Of a stretch of 64,000 nucleotides of DNA, positions 38,416-47,830 are shown piece after piece; the stretch's first letter is position 1, and each line of letters begins with the position of its first letter. The stretch is from Limisphaerales bacterium (GTDB lineage Bacteria > Verrucomicrobiota > Verrucomicrobiia > Limisphaerales > SIBE01). The stretch is taken from assembly GCA_044225505.1 (NCBI GenBank), contig JBGAIN010000005.1, positions 62,001 through 126,000 of the forward strand. Direction: 5' to 3'. The notes under the pieces are model-generated. The model made no database searches, had not been told where the DNA came from, and saw nothing but the letters and a program-made list of their open reading frames with translations. Made by a program: the position numbers and the translations under genes.

Positions 38416-39164
38416 AAAAGCTGCGCTCCACTTGCGGCCGCGGCCCGCGCACTCTGCAGGGGAATCGCCACCGTAACAGTCGTGCCGGCACCGGACGCGC
38501 CGGTAATTTCTATCGTGCCGCTCAATGCGGTCGCTCTCTCTCGTAGTTCGAGCAAGCCGAGGGACTTTGGACTTGCGGTTTGCGCCGGAGTAATCCCGAT
38601 GCCATCGTCACTGACCCGCAACACTAATCGGCCACCTTTCTCCTTGAGTTCGACGGTCACCTTCCGCGCCTGCGCGTGATCCGCAATATTGGCCATGATC
38701 TCCCGAAACATTCGAAACAACTCAGTGGCCATCGGCTCTGCCAGCGTGAGCTCTTCTTTCTCCGCTCGAAAGAACGCTTCGATTCCCGTCTTTTTCCCAA
38801 ATGCCTTCGTTTCCCATTCCACGGCTGCAACCAACCCAAACTCATCCAGGACTTTAGGTCGTAGCTGGGCTTTGATTTCACGTAACGAATGGATCATATC
38901 GCTGACGATGGCCGCCAGCTCTTTGATCTTCTCCTTGAGCTTGGCTCGCGGCAGGTCGTTCTCTGAGGAGACGCTGCCGTCCATCAGCGAGAGTTCCAGG
39001 GATATCACGGTGAGCTTCTGGGTGAGGTTATCGTGCAGTTCTTGGGCCAGCCTGGTCCTCTCGCTCTCCAGCAACTTTTGAAAGCGCGTGGCTAAGCCAC
39101 GCAACTCGTCCACAGACACAGTTCCGGGTTGAACAGCAGCGGGACCCTTCTTCGACGGATTCAT
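38412..39164 (-). CDS. Cytoplasmic HisKA_3-type histidine kinase without sensor domain
   Basis: ERTRLAQELHD, LRPKVLDEFGL, EIMANIADHA, SDDGIG, GLLELRERA. Confidence 0.9.
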   Translation of the reverse strand: MNPSKKGPAAVQPGTVSVDELRGLATRFQKLLESERTRLAQELHDNLTQKLTVISLELSLMDGSVSSENDLPRAKLKEKIKELAAIVSDMIHSLREIKAQLRPKVLDEFGLVAAVEWETKAFGKKTGIEAFFRAEKEELTLAEPMATELFRMFREIMANIADHAQARKVTVELKEKGGRLVLRVSDDGIGITPAQTASPKSLGLLELRERATALSGTIEITGASGAGTTVTVAIPLQSARAAAASGAQLL

Positions 39165-39449
39165 GGTAACGGTGCTCTACAGGATCTCAGGACAGACCTT
39201 CTCCCTGGATCATCGTTATTGAGCGTGCCCAACCCGAAGCCGCCTCGGTTCCCCAGCTCTGCGACGGCCATCTGTCGTTGAGTATGTCAAGCCGCTTTCC
39301 CAGGTCAATCTGTTACTCATGCTCGCTGGCGGTCTCCCTTACCTTTTGGACGCGTGCGCCTCGCTTGGCTGAAAGGACTGAGCATTCCTACGCACACCCT
39401 CGCTCGGGCGTTTCCAACTCGCCGTTTTAGATTTTCGCGCTACTATGGC

Positions 39450-39700
39450 ATTCATGCACACCAGCTCCCGCCTCGGTGGAAGTCTCCCTAGGAGCGGAGC
39501 TTTCCGAGCAACTGCTGATTAACGTGTGGATAGGGCGTGGAAAACGGTGATTAACTTGGGTTTTTCGCCATGGGCATTCCGCTGCTGGACCAATGCTGGT
39601 CGTCCTAAACTTTTGTAAGTTGTTTAGCGACATTCACGCGGAATTTTGTTTCCATTATTCACGGCCCTTAATAAGAATCTATCTGTGTATCTAAAAGCAT
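39450..39700. other. Probable chromosomal replication origin (oriC)
   Basis: DnaA-box-like 9-mers (TCATGCACA 39452, TGTGGATAG 39525, CGTGGAAAA 39536, TTATTCACG 39655). The last is followed by GCCC and an AT-rich trio-like run TTAATAAGAATCTATCT, immediately upstream of dnaN. Confidence 0.65.
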
Positions 39701-39712
39701 ACTAGTAAGGAA

Positions 39713-40822
39713 ATGAAACTGACCATCGGCAAAGAGCAACTCATCAATGGGCTTCAAGCGGTTCAGAACGTCGTCAGTTCGCGAACCACCCTTCCCATCC
39801 TTTCCAACGTGCTCCTGCGGGTCGAAGGCGGTCGTCTCGAACTCACCGCGACGGATTTGGATGTGACGATCTCATGTTCCGTTGAAGCCACCGTGGCCCG
39901 GCCCGGTGCCACCACGCTCCCAGTGAAGCGATTCTTTGGCATCGTGCGTGAACTCTCGGCTCCTACGATCGACCTGGAAATCGACGAAAAACAGAGTTGT
40001 ACCATAACCGCTGGACCTTCTTACTATCGAATCAATGGTCTTGCCGCGGAAGAATTTCCGCCACTACCGCGATTCGCTGAAAAGAAGCGCGTCCAGGTAG
40101 CTCAGGAGAAGCTCCGCACCATGCTCCGCAAAACGGCGTTTGCCATTTCCACTGATGAAACGCGCTTTGTTCTGAACGGCATTTTCTTTTCCTTGAAAGA
40201 TCATAAGATCACAATGGTGGCCACAGACGGGCGCCGCTTGGCCCTCGTGGATGAAGAGGTGGATATTCCCGCGGAAAGTGATGGTGAGTTTATCGTGCCG
40301 ACAAAGGCGATTAACGAGCTGACGCGCCTGTTGACCACCGGCGGCGAGGTGGAAGTGAAGTTTACCGATAACCAAGCGGCCTTCGCTCTTCGTGACGAGA
40401 AGGGTTCTTCGGTGCTGATCATCTCCAAGCTCATCGAGGGCAATTACCCAAACTATCGACAAGTCATTCCAGCTGAAACCAAAGAACGAGTCGCTCTAAG
40501 CCGGGAGGAACTGCTCCATGCGTTGCGTCGTGCCGAGATCATGACGAGCGAGAAGACCAATTCCGTGAAGCTTAGCTTCACCAAGAACAATCTCGCGATC
40601 ACCGCAAATACCCCAGACGTGGGAGAGGCCCGGGAGAGCATCGCGATCAATTACAAGGGCAAGGATATGGCCATCGCATTTAATCCGGGCTATCTCATGG
40701 ACCCGTTAAAGTCGCTCGATAATGACGAAGTTTATCTGGAACTGATCGATGAACTGAGTCCGGGCGTTCTCAAGATCAACGGGCCTTTCCTCTATGTCTT
40801 GATGCCCATGCGGATGAGTTAG
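39713..40822 (+). CDS. dnaN: DNA polymerase III beta sliding clamp
   Basis: RTTLPILSNVLL, ATDLD, AISTDETRFVLNG, VATDGRRLA, LIEGNYPNY, YVLMPMR. Confidence 0.98.
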   Translation: MKLTIGKEQLINGLQAVQNVVSSRTTLPILSNVLLRVEGGRLELTATDLDVTISCSVEATVARPGATTLPVKRFFGIVRELSAPTIDLEIDEKQSCTITAGPSYYRINGLAAEEFPPLPRFAEKKRVQVAQEKLRTMLRKTAFAISTDETRFVLNGIFFSLKDHKITMVATDGRRLALVDEEVDIPAESDGEFIVPTKAINELTRLLTTGGEVEVKFTDNQAAFALRDEKGSSVLIISKLIEGNYPNYRQVIPAETKERVALSREELLHALRRAEIMTSEKTNSVKLSFTKNNLAITANTPDVGEARESIAINYKGKDMAIAFNPGYLMDPLKSLDNDEVYLELIDELSPGVLKINGPFLYVLMPMRMS

Positions 40823-40844
40823 GGTGCCCTGAGGCAGATCGAGC

Positions 40845-41366
40845 ATGAATTGGAGCCCAAATCTGCGGATGGGTGTCATCGCGCTGGTCGTCCTGGCGGC
40901 TGACCAGCTCTCTAAGTTCGTGGTCATGCAATACTTGGGTTTCCGCGAAGAAGTCGTGGTCATTGACGGCTTCTTCCGGCTGGTTCATTGGGGAAATACT
41001 GGGGCGGCTTGGAGCTTTTTCAAAGACCATAACGGCCTGCTCGCAGCCGTCTCGGGCATGGCCCTGATCGCTTTATTCCTGACCAGGAATCATTTCGGAG
41101 CCGGCACCGCCCTCGGACAAGTTGCCCTGGGGCTGCTTTTTGGTGGTATCTGCGGCAACCTGACTGATCGGCTCCTGGAAAGCCGTCGGCATGTGATCGA
41201 TTTCCTCTATTTCTACGTCAACCAGCGCGGCGGCGGCGAAATAGGATTTCCCGCGTTTAACATTGCGGACAGCGCTATTTGCATTGGCGTGGGGCTTCTC
41301 TTCCTGCTTTCCTGGCAAAAAGATCAAGCGAAGGGTTCGCTCGGCTCGGTGGGACAGCCGACCTAA
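40845..41366 (+). CDS. lspA: Lipoprotein signal peptidase II
   Basis: DQLSK, NTGAAWS, GNLTDR, VIDF, FNIADSAI. Confidence 0.96.
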   Translation: MNWSPNLRMGVIALVVLAADQLSKFVVMQYLGFREEVVVIDGFFRLVHWGNTGAAWSFFKDHNGLLAAVSGMALIALFLTRNHFGAGTALGQVALGLLFGGICGNLTDRLLESRRHVIDFLYFYVNQRGGGEIGFPAFNIADSAICIGVGLLFLLSWQKDQAKGSLGSVGQPT

Positions 41367-41437
41367 ACCTCGCCGTTTCGTAGCGTCATCCAGCTCAGAA
41401 CCAAACTGTCCCCAGGCCCTCCGGAGACTTTGCGCGC

Positions 41438-42394
41438 ATGCCCGCCAAGCCACCTATCGTTATTGCCGGACCGACCGCCGTTGGCAAATCCGCGGTCTGC
41501 ATGGTCTTGGCCGAGCGCCTGGGCGCGGAGATCCTGTCGGCGGATTCCATGCAAGTCTATCGGGGCATGGACATAGGGACGGGGAAACCAACACTCGCCG
41601 ACCGCAGACGGGTTCCTCATCACTTGCTCGACGTCATCGGGTTGGACGAATCCTTCGATGCCGCGCGCTATGTCCAGCTAGCTTCGATCGCGTTGGGAGA
41701 AATACAAAGGCGGCACAAATCCGTCATCCTGTGCGGGGGAACAGGGCTTTACCTCCAAGCCCTCTTTCTCGGACTCGGCGACGCGCCACCGTCTGATGCA
41801 GCGTTGCGTAGCGCCTTAGAATTGCTCCCGACGGAGACTCTGCTCGCCGAATTGCACCGAATGGACCCTGTTTGTTTCGCGAATATCGATGTTGCCAACC
41901 GGCGGCGGGTGGTTCGAGCGGTTGAGGTCATACGGCTCACCGGGAAACCTTTCTCGGCACAGCGAGCGGTCTGGTCTGAAGCCGGGCCGGGCTCCTATCG
42001 TTTGCCGGACGGACGCGTCGCCCGGCTGTTCGGGCTAGAACGGCCCGTGCCGGACCTCCAGCGGCTCATTAACGAACGCGTGCTACGCATGGTGCAAGAC
42101 GGGCTGGTCGACGAAGTCAAACGCCTGCAAGGGGCTGGTTTGTCGCAAAACCGCACCGCGTCACAAGCGCTCGGTTATAAACAGATCCTGGATCATCTCC
42201 AAGGCAACGTTACCCTCGACGCGGCGATCGAAGACATCCAACGCCGCACCCGCCAATACGCCAAACGCCAGTTGACCTGGTTCCGCCGTCAGGCCCCTTT
42301 GGAATGGATCCCCTGGACGAGCTCAGATTCTGCCGATTCGATCGCGGACGAGGTGCTTCGGCGTGCGGAGCACATCCCAGGGACACGCGGGTGA
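41438..42394 (+). CDS. miaA: tRNA (adenosine(37)-N6)-dimethylallyltransferase
   Basis: GPTAVGKS, SADSMQVYRGMDIGTGKP, GGTGLY, ALGYKQ, TRQYAKRQLTWFR. Confidence 0.97.
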   Translation: MPAKPPIVIAGPTAVGKSAVCMVLAERLGAEILSADSMQVYRGMDIGTGKPTLADRRRVPHHLLDVIGLDESFDAARYVQLASIALGEIQRRHKSVILCGGTGLYLQALFLGLGDAPPSDAALRSALELLPTETLLAELHRMDPVCFANIDVANRRRVVRAVEVIRLTGKPFSAQRAVWSEAGPGSYRLPDGRVARLFGLERPVPDLQRLINERVLRMVQDGLVDEVKRLQGAGLSQNRTASQALGYKQILDHLQGNVTLDAAIEDIQRRTRQYAKRQLTWFRRQAPLEWIPWTSSDSADSIADEVLRRAEHIPGTRG

Positions 42395-42490
42395 TAAATT
42401 CAGGGCATTCCCAGGCGTGCTACTCCAGGGTTGCAGAGGACCGGGAGCGACGTATATTTGGGTCCTGAAAGCGCTTCGTAAATCTACGCA

Positions 42491-43774
42491 TTGAAAGCAC
42501 TCATCTCTACCGCGACCAAACGGACAGAACGGGTCTTCCTGGTCGGACTTCAACTCAAATCACGCAGTCGTTGGGAAGTGGACGAGTCCCTCGCCGAATT
42601 GAGCGAGTTGGCCGTGACCGCTGGGGCGGAAGTCGCCGGGGAGGGGACCCAAAAACTTGATACCCCTGTGGCCGGGACGTTCATTGGCACAGGCAAAGCC
42701 GAGGAGTTTGCCAAACACTGCCGTGAGCAAGAGGTCGATACCATCATCTTCGACGATGAATTATCCCCAGCGCAGAGCCGCAACCTGGAAACACTATTCG
42801 ATTGCAAAGTCCTCGACCGCACAGCGTTGATCTTGGATATCTTCGCCCAGAGAGCCCGCACGAAGGAAGGTAAACTCCAGGTGGAACTGGCGCAGCTGCA
42901 GCATTTGCTCCCTCGACTCACGCGCTATTGGAGCCACTTGTCTCGGCAAAAAGGCGGGATCGGCATGCGCGGGGAAGGCGAAACGCAGCTCGAGACCGAT
43001 CGACGCCGGGTTCAGGAACGAATCGATAAGATCACTGAGGAACTGGAAACCGTTCGTCGCCAGCGCGCGACTCAGCGGCAAGGCCGCCAGCGGAATCTTT
43101 GGCCACTGGCCTCGATCGTGGGCTATACCAACGCTGGCAAATCGACGCTCCTGAATAGCCTCACGGGTGCAGCCGTCCTCGCAGAGAACCGGTTATTTGC
43201 CACTTTGGATCCTACCACCCGCCGCTTGCGTTTGCCCACCAACCAAAACGTGCTCCTGTCGGACACGGTAGGATTTATTCGCAAACTGCCACACGGCCTG
43301 GTTGAAGCCTTCAAAGCCACACTGGAGGAAGTCGCCGAAGCCGATTTACTGCTGCACGTCGTCGATGTGAGCCATCCCCAAGCTGAAGACCAAATCACGG
43401 CTGTCAATACCGTCCTTGAAGAAATCGGGGCGCAAGGCAAACCAACGGTAATGGTCTTGAACAAGGTTGATCAAGTCACACAGCCCGAGCTACTTGCCCG
43501 TTTTGCCGAGCGCTATCCCAACTCCGTCCCGGTTTCCGCGACCACAGGCCAAGGTTTGCCCGAGCTCATGGCAGAACTCAGTACGGCCCTTCGTCCCATC
43601 CGTGAGTTTGTGGAAGTCGCGGTCCCCCATGAGGAATCTGCTGTGATTGCTCGGCTGCATGACGTTGGCCAGGTCATTCAACGCAACTACGACGGCCCGC
43701 GAGCGCTTTTCAAAGTCCGCATCCCGCCCCATCTGCACGCGGAGTTCGCCCCGTTTATCGTGAACCAGCTTTGA
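42491..43774 (+). CDS. hflX: Ribosome-splitting GTPase HflX
   Basis: LILDIFAQRA, RGEGETQLETDRR, VGYTNAGKSTL, LFATLDPT, DTVGFI, NKVD. Confidence 0.97.
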   Translation: MKALISTATKRTERVFLVGLQLKSRSRWEVDESLAELSELAVTAGAEVAGEGTQKLDTPVAGTFIGTGKAEEFAKHCREQEVDTIIFDDELSPAQSRNLETLFDCKVLDRTALILDIFAQRARTKEGKLQVELAQLQHLLPRLTRYWSHLSRQKGGIGMRGEGETQLETDRRRVQERIDKITEELETVRRQRATQRQGRQRNLWPLASIVGYTNAGKSTLLNSLTGAAVLAENRLFATLDPTTRRLRLPTNQNVLLSDTVGFIRKLPHGLVEAFKATLEEVAEADLLLHVVDVSHPQAEDQITAVNTVLEEIGAQGKPTVMVLNKVDQVTQPELLARFAERYPNSVPVSATTGQGLPELMAELSTALRPIREFVEVAVPHEESAVIARLHDVGQVIQRNYDGPRALFKVRIPPHLHAEFAPFIVNQL

Positions 43775-43908
43775 CGGGGTCCGAGGCAACATAGCTTCGG
43801 ATCCGCTCTCGTGCGCGTCGATGGTCTTCTTCAAACGAGACCTGAGAGGACGACTCTCAGAGCTTGAACGACACAACACACCTCGGTCTAAGACTCTTCT
43901 GACGTATA

Positions 43909-43998
43909 TAACACGGAGATAACAGGGATTTAACAGGGATATGACACGGATACCATCCCTGTTAAAGCCGCGTTGAATCTATGTGATCTCCGTGTTGG
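43909..43998. repeat. Four 11-bp direct units followed by four inverted units (about 44-bp imperfect palindrome arms)
   Basis: taacacggaga taacagggatt taacagggata tgacacggata cc atccctgttaa agccgcgttga atctatgtgat ctccgtgttgg. Confidence 0.85.
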
Positions 43999-44126
43999 AA
44001 AGGAAAGCAGAGGGTATGCTCTCGACTTGGCGTTCGAGTCCGCCCCCGCATCAGGACCGAGCTGTCTCCGTGAAAAAGAAATGAGACTCGGGAACGGGCG
44101 CCTGCGCTGGCCCGTGGCGTTCGCGT

Positions 44127-44681
44127 TTATGGGCTCTTCGCGCGCGAGTTTTCTACGGTTACATAGGAACCGGCGTGGCCTTCGTGATCATTCCAATTGC
44201 CTGCGTAGATGGCCGCGACCGCAGGATCGTCAAGAACGAGCAGATTCTCTGCGTTGTTCTGCTCGGCAGCCTTGGTGAAGTTGAACGAACCCGTAATTAC
44301 CAGGTGCTGATCGACGACGATGATCTTGTTGTGGGCGGCCGCGTGACTATCGTCAATGAGCGTCCGAATCCCGGCATTGGAAAGAAGGGTGGCGGCAGAG
44401 TATTTTTCCGTTCGCTGGGTACGATCGAGAATGACCGAGACGCGAACGCCACGCTCGTGCGCTTTGATCAATGCTTGAGCGATCGGCGTGGAAGTGAGCG
44501 AGAAGGCTTGGACCAGAATCGAGTTTGTCGCGCTGCGCAAGGCGGCAACGACCGCATCCGTGCAACCGCCCATCGGAGAGAAATAGACTTGGACTCGACA
44601 GGTGTTCGTGGGCGCTGGCTCGGCCAAGAGGGACAATCCGAAGGTGAAGAGGCCGACCACGGCGGGAATCAGGCGATTCAT
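44127..44681 (-). CDS. Exported phospholipase D-family (Nuc-like) enzyme
   Basis: VYFSP.GGC, single HKD motif HNKIIVVD, TGSFNFT, NAENLL; signal peptide. Confidence 0.93.
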   Translation of the reverse strand: MNRLIPAVVGLFTFGLSLLAEPAPTNTCRVQVYFSPMGGCTDAVVAALRSATNSILVQAFSLTSTPIAQALIKAHERGVRVSVILDRTQRTEKYSAATLLSNAGIRTLIDDSHAAAHNKIIVVDQHLVITGSFNFTKAAEQNNAENLLVLDDPAVAAIYAGNWNDHEGHAGSYVTVENSRAKSP

Positions 44682-44886
44682 AGGGCGATTCAAGGAGAGC
44701 TACGGAAAAGCGTCAAGGTCGCATGCGACTGAACCCGACGGTTTTGGACTGCGACCCGGCGCGCGCGCTGGACGCAGATTCCCAGACCCTCACCGTCGCG
44801 CCGGGCTCGATCCAACGGAGTCACGCCCGAGGAGCGACTGACGCCGAATACGCGGCCGCCCGGGCGACGCCTGGCTGCGCGTCGCG

Positions 44887-46062
44887 TTACGGCCTTTTGC
44901 CGGTCCAGTTGCCCTCGCCCAAGTCGCCGAACTTGACCTTTCCTTTCATGCTTTTGTCATTCTCGATCTCGCCGCTATACGTGACCGCGATCTGTTGCTC
45001 TTCTCGTTTCGTATCAAACGAGAATCGCACGCTGTTCGTTTTACCCACGAAACCGAAGACGACCGCGTCTCCCAGCCGGCCCTGATACGTACCCAGCAGA
45101 TTGTTCCCAGCATGCACGAATGTGAAGACCGGATCTCCCGATCCGTTTTCTGTCTCGACGTGGCAAGCCCAGCGCCCGGTCAAGTTCGGCCCGGTTAGAG
45201 CCGGAGTCTTCGGGTCAAGGTTATCGGCCAACTCTTCCGGCCGGACGTCGGATTCGACGCCGCCGGGTGGGACCTGAGCTTTCGCGATCCAGAGCATGGC
45301 ATTGAGGACGACTTTGCGACAATTCGGGTTGGACCAATTGACGTGCTTGTGCCCACCGGTGAAGCCAAAGCTCCGACCGCCATTGGGTCGTTCGAAGGTC
45401 CACATCATGGTCTCTGAGCGGCCCGAAGCGGCCACGATATGATCGTACGGCCCTGGGGGATAGACGTAAGGCCCTTTTCGCACTTTGTCGGACGGCGTGT
45501 CCGTGAGGATATGCGTGATGCCTCGGGCATCCTGGGCCCAGCGCATGTTGAAATACCATTCATCCAACAACGCAAACGAACTCACCCCCCGGGTCACGGG
45601 AGACTCCGGGAATGCGCGGTAGTTCGGCACCCACATCGGATTGACGGAGTATTGATGCTCGTAGTAACCACCAATCCACCGTTGCATGGCTGCCCCTGCA
45701 TCCCCCTTTGGAACCTCCACGGCGTAGTGCATGCAACCAATGCCAACGCCTTTCTCCGCCAGACTATCCATCAGTCGGACCCGCTCCCCTTGAATGGCTG
45801 GATTCCCCGCCCCCCCATCGGCATAGATCACGACCGCGTCGGCGCCGTCAAAAACCGTATCGCTAGCGGGCCAGCCGTTGGTATAAACCTCCACCTGAAT
45901 CCCGGGCACACCGCGGAGGCACTTTTGCAAGAGCAAGCAGCCAGCCCTGAATTCATGATCGCCAGGCCCATGGCTCTGTTTGCCAGCCAGGAGCAGGATT
46001 CTTTTGTCCGCTGCTTGGCTCGCACAGAGCGCAGTGAAGGTGGCCAGTCTGACATTCCGCAC
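44887..46062 (-). CDS. ThuA-like (class I glutamine amidotransferase-like) exported protein; native start displaced by the IS
   Basis: LAGKQSHGPGDHEFRAG, YADGG, HYAVEV, DEWYF, FGFTGGH. The GTG at 46062 lies inside the IS terminal repeat; the native start is at 48387. Confidence 0.88.
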   Translation of the reverse strand: MRNVRLATFTALCASQAADKRILLLAGKQSHGPGDHEFRAGCLLLQKCLRGVPGIQVEVYTNGWPASDTVFDGADAVVIYADGGAGNPAIQGERVRLMDSLAEKGVGIGCMHYAVEVPKGDAGAAMQRWIGGYYEHQYSVNPMWVPNYRAFPESPVTRGVSSFALLDEWYFNMRWAQDARGITHILTDTPSDKVRKGPYVYPPGPYDHIVAASGRSETMMWTFERPNGGRSFGFTGGHKHVNWSNPNCRKVVLNAMLWIAKAQVPPGGVESDVRPEELADNLDPKTPALTGPNLTGRWACHVETENGSGDPVFTFVHAGNNLLGTYQGRLGDAVVFGFVGKTNSVRFSFDTKREEQQIAVTYSGEIENDKSMKGKVKFGDLGEGNWTGKRP

Positions 46063-46108
46063 CTCAGAAATGGGGATTTCCGTGATTTTTTTGGGGGTCT
46101 GGCTGCAT

Positions 46109-47785
46109 TTAGTTCATGGGCCAAAAATCCTCTTCGAGCATATTGAGCAGCGATAGGACTTCGCGTTGGGTCTCATTGAGTTGGTCATGGAGTTGTTCAC
46201 ACGAGCCATCTTCTTGGGTAATGCGATAGGTTGAGAGCCGATCAAAGGTCTTGAAGAGCTGCGAGGTAGTCGGATGAGGGGCATCCCGGTCCTCGGGGTA
46301 GAGCTTGAGTGGCGGATGGCCCCGCTCAGCTAATCTTTTGCGCAGCTCCCGTTCCAGGAGAGCCTGGATCAGCAGGGCAATGAAAAAGACGAACATATTG
46401 GCTTCGACCCGCTTGATCTTTTTAAAGAGTAACGGAGCCGCCCGGTGCACACCCTTAAACTGAGAGAAGCGCTTCTCCAAGCGGGGCTGGAATTTGTAGG
46501 CCTGAAGGACTGCTTTAGGCGTCACGGTTGAGTCCGTACAGAGCTGCGGAAAGACACCGTCGATGCGCCCTTCGGCCGTCAAAGCCTGGGCGTTACGAGG
46601 CCAGTGCAAGCTGTAGGTCACTTGATGCTCATAACGATAAACAGCCTTTTCTCCGCGAGGCCGTCCCCGGGGACGTTTTCGGAGGACGTGCACGTGGGTT
46701 TGCAGGCGAAGGTCAAAGAAGGGCTCTACCGCGTAATGCTGCAGGATCGCCCTGGCGGCTCCTAGAATTTGGGCCTGATGCTTGAGATGGGCGCGATTGA
46801 GCCTGAGGGCCAACTCGGCCAGCTTCTCTTCTGCCAATTTCATGCGGTCTTGGCGACTTTGCCGGTCCCGCTGGCACTTTTCGGTGGAATAATACCAATA
46901 GACCGGGTAGTGCCCGTGCTGAGAGAAGTAAGTCCCTTCGAAAAGGTAGAACGACTCGGTCGTGCCGGGGTAATTGGGTTTTGGCCGCCGCCAGAGCAAG
47001 GTCTTTGGAACCGGAGCTGCCCGGAGTCGATCATAGAACTGTTGCACATCCAGGAAGTAATGCGGGAGGGTGGTGATGGCTTTGCCGCCATGCTCGACGA
47101 TGTGGGCCAACTGCTCCTGAGTGCAAAGCTTACAATCGGCAACGTAGAGGAAATGGGCGCTGCCATGGATCTGGCAGAGAGAGTCCCAGGTTTCCATGTG
47201 GGTCTTTTCATCGTTGCGATTACCCGGGTAGACGTGGTGATGAATGGGAACGGCCCCGTCATCGGAGACGCTCAAGGTATAGACCAGTTGTTTTAGATCG
47301 GGACGGTGATCTTTGCTGTGGCCTTTGCGCAGTTCCAGGCCCGTCGGGGTCGAGCCGGGGATGCGCCCAAAGGCTTTAATACTGGTACTGTCGTTATGAA
47401 TGCGTTCGGAACGGATGTCAAAAGCTTGAATAGCCGAGACGGCCAGGCGGGTGAGTAAGGAGGGCCGATTGGCTGCAAAGAGCTGATCGAGCGCGCGCGC
47501 AAAGCGATCATCACTGAAAGCTTCCCCTGGCTCGAGATTGTAACCGAGGGCGCGCAGGTCGAGGGACTCCATCCACTGGGCCAGCTCATAAAGAGGGTCC
47601 TTGGCCAGGGTAAGATTGACGGCCAGTAGGAGGATGAGGTCGGCACGAGCAAAGGATTGGCGCTCGGAGCTAGGGATGTGCTCCAGAAGGATGTCCCGCA
47701 AACGCAGTCGCTGGACAATGGAATGGATGAGAGGCAAGGCCCCCACGTGAAGGCGAGTGAGCTTTCGCGTCGAGGCAGTTGACAT
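46109..47785 (-). CDS. IS1634-family DDE transposase
   Basis: DDRFARALD, HNDSTS, GHSKDHRPDLKQL, GNRND, YVADCKL, YKFQPRLEKRFSQFK. Confidence 0.94.
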   Translation of the reverse strand: MSTASTRKLTRLHVGALPLIHSIVQRLRLRDILLEHIPSSERQSFARADLILLLAVNLTLAKDPLYELAQWMESLDLRALGYNLEPGEAFSDDRFARALDQLFAANRPSLLTRLAVSAIQAFDIRSERIHNDSTSIKAFGRIPGSTPTGLELRKGHSKDHRPDLKQLVYTLSVSDDGAVPIHHHVYPGNRNDEKTHMETWDSLCQIHGSAHFLYVADCKLCTQEQLAHIVEHGGKAITTLPHYFLDVQQFYDRLRAAPVPKTLLWRRPKPNYPGTTESFYLFEGTYFSQHGHYPVYWYYSTEKCQRDRQSRQDRMKLAEEKLAELALRLNRAHLKHQAQILGAARAILQHYAVEPFFDLRLQTHVHVLRKRPRGRPRGEKAVYRYEHQVTYSLHWPRNAQALTAEGRIDGVFPQLCTDSTVTPKAVLQAYKFQPRLEKRFSQFKGVHRAAPLLFKKIKRVEANMFVFFIALLIQALLERELRKRLAERGHPPLKLYPEDRDAPHPTTSQLFKTFDRLSTYRITQEDGSCEQLHDQLNETQREVLSLLNMLEEDFWPMN

Positions 47786-47830
47786 GTGTATCTTGATTTG
47801 AGTATACTATACTATAAATCAAGATGTCAA
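47779..47830. promoter_or_regulatory. Overlapping divergent sigma70 promoters, TTGACA-N18-TATACT on both strands
   Basis: + strand: TTGACA 47779-84, TATACT 47803-08. - strand: TTGACA 47830-25, TATACT 47806-01. Dyad ATCTTGATTT/AAATCAAGAT. Confidence 0.75.

Noticed and set aside
42395..42490. Missing hfq between miaA and hflX
   Set aside because: The gap is only 96 bp with no remnant; many lineages lack hfq here, so it is unremarkable.
43909..43998. CRISPR array interpretation of the 11-bp arrays
   Set aside because: Units are too short, have no spacers, and no cas genes are present.
44028..44046. GTTCGAGTCC resembling a tRNA T-loop
   Set aside because: No proper T-stem, acceptor stem or anticodon arm could be built.
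44127..44681. PLD/Nuc gene as an anti-phage defence system
   Set aside because: Standalone exported single-HKD protein with no helicase, methylase or other defence partner nearby.
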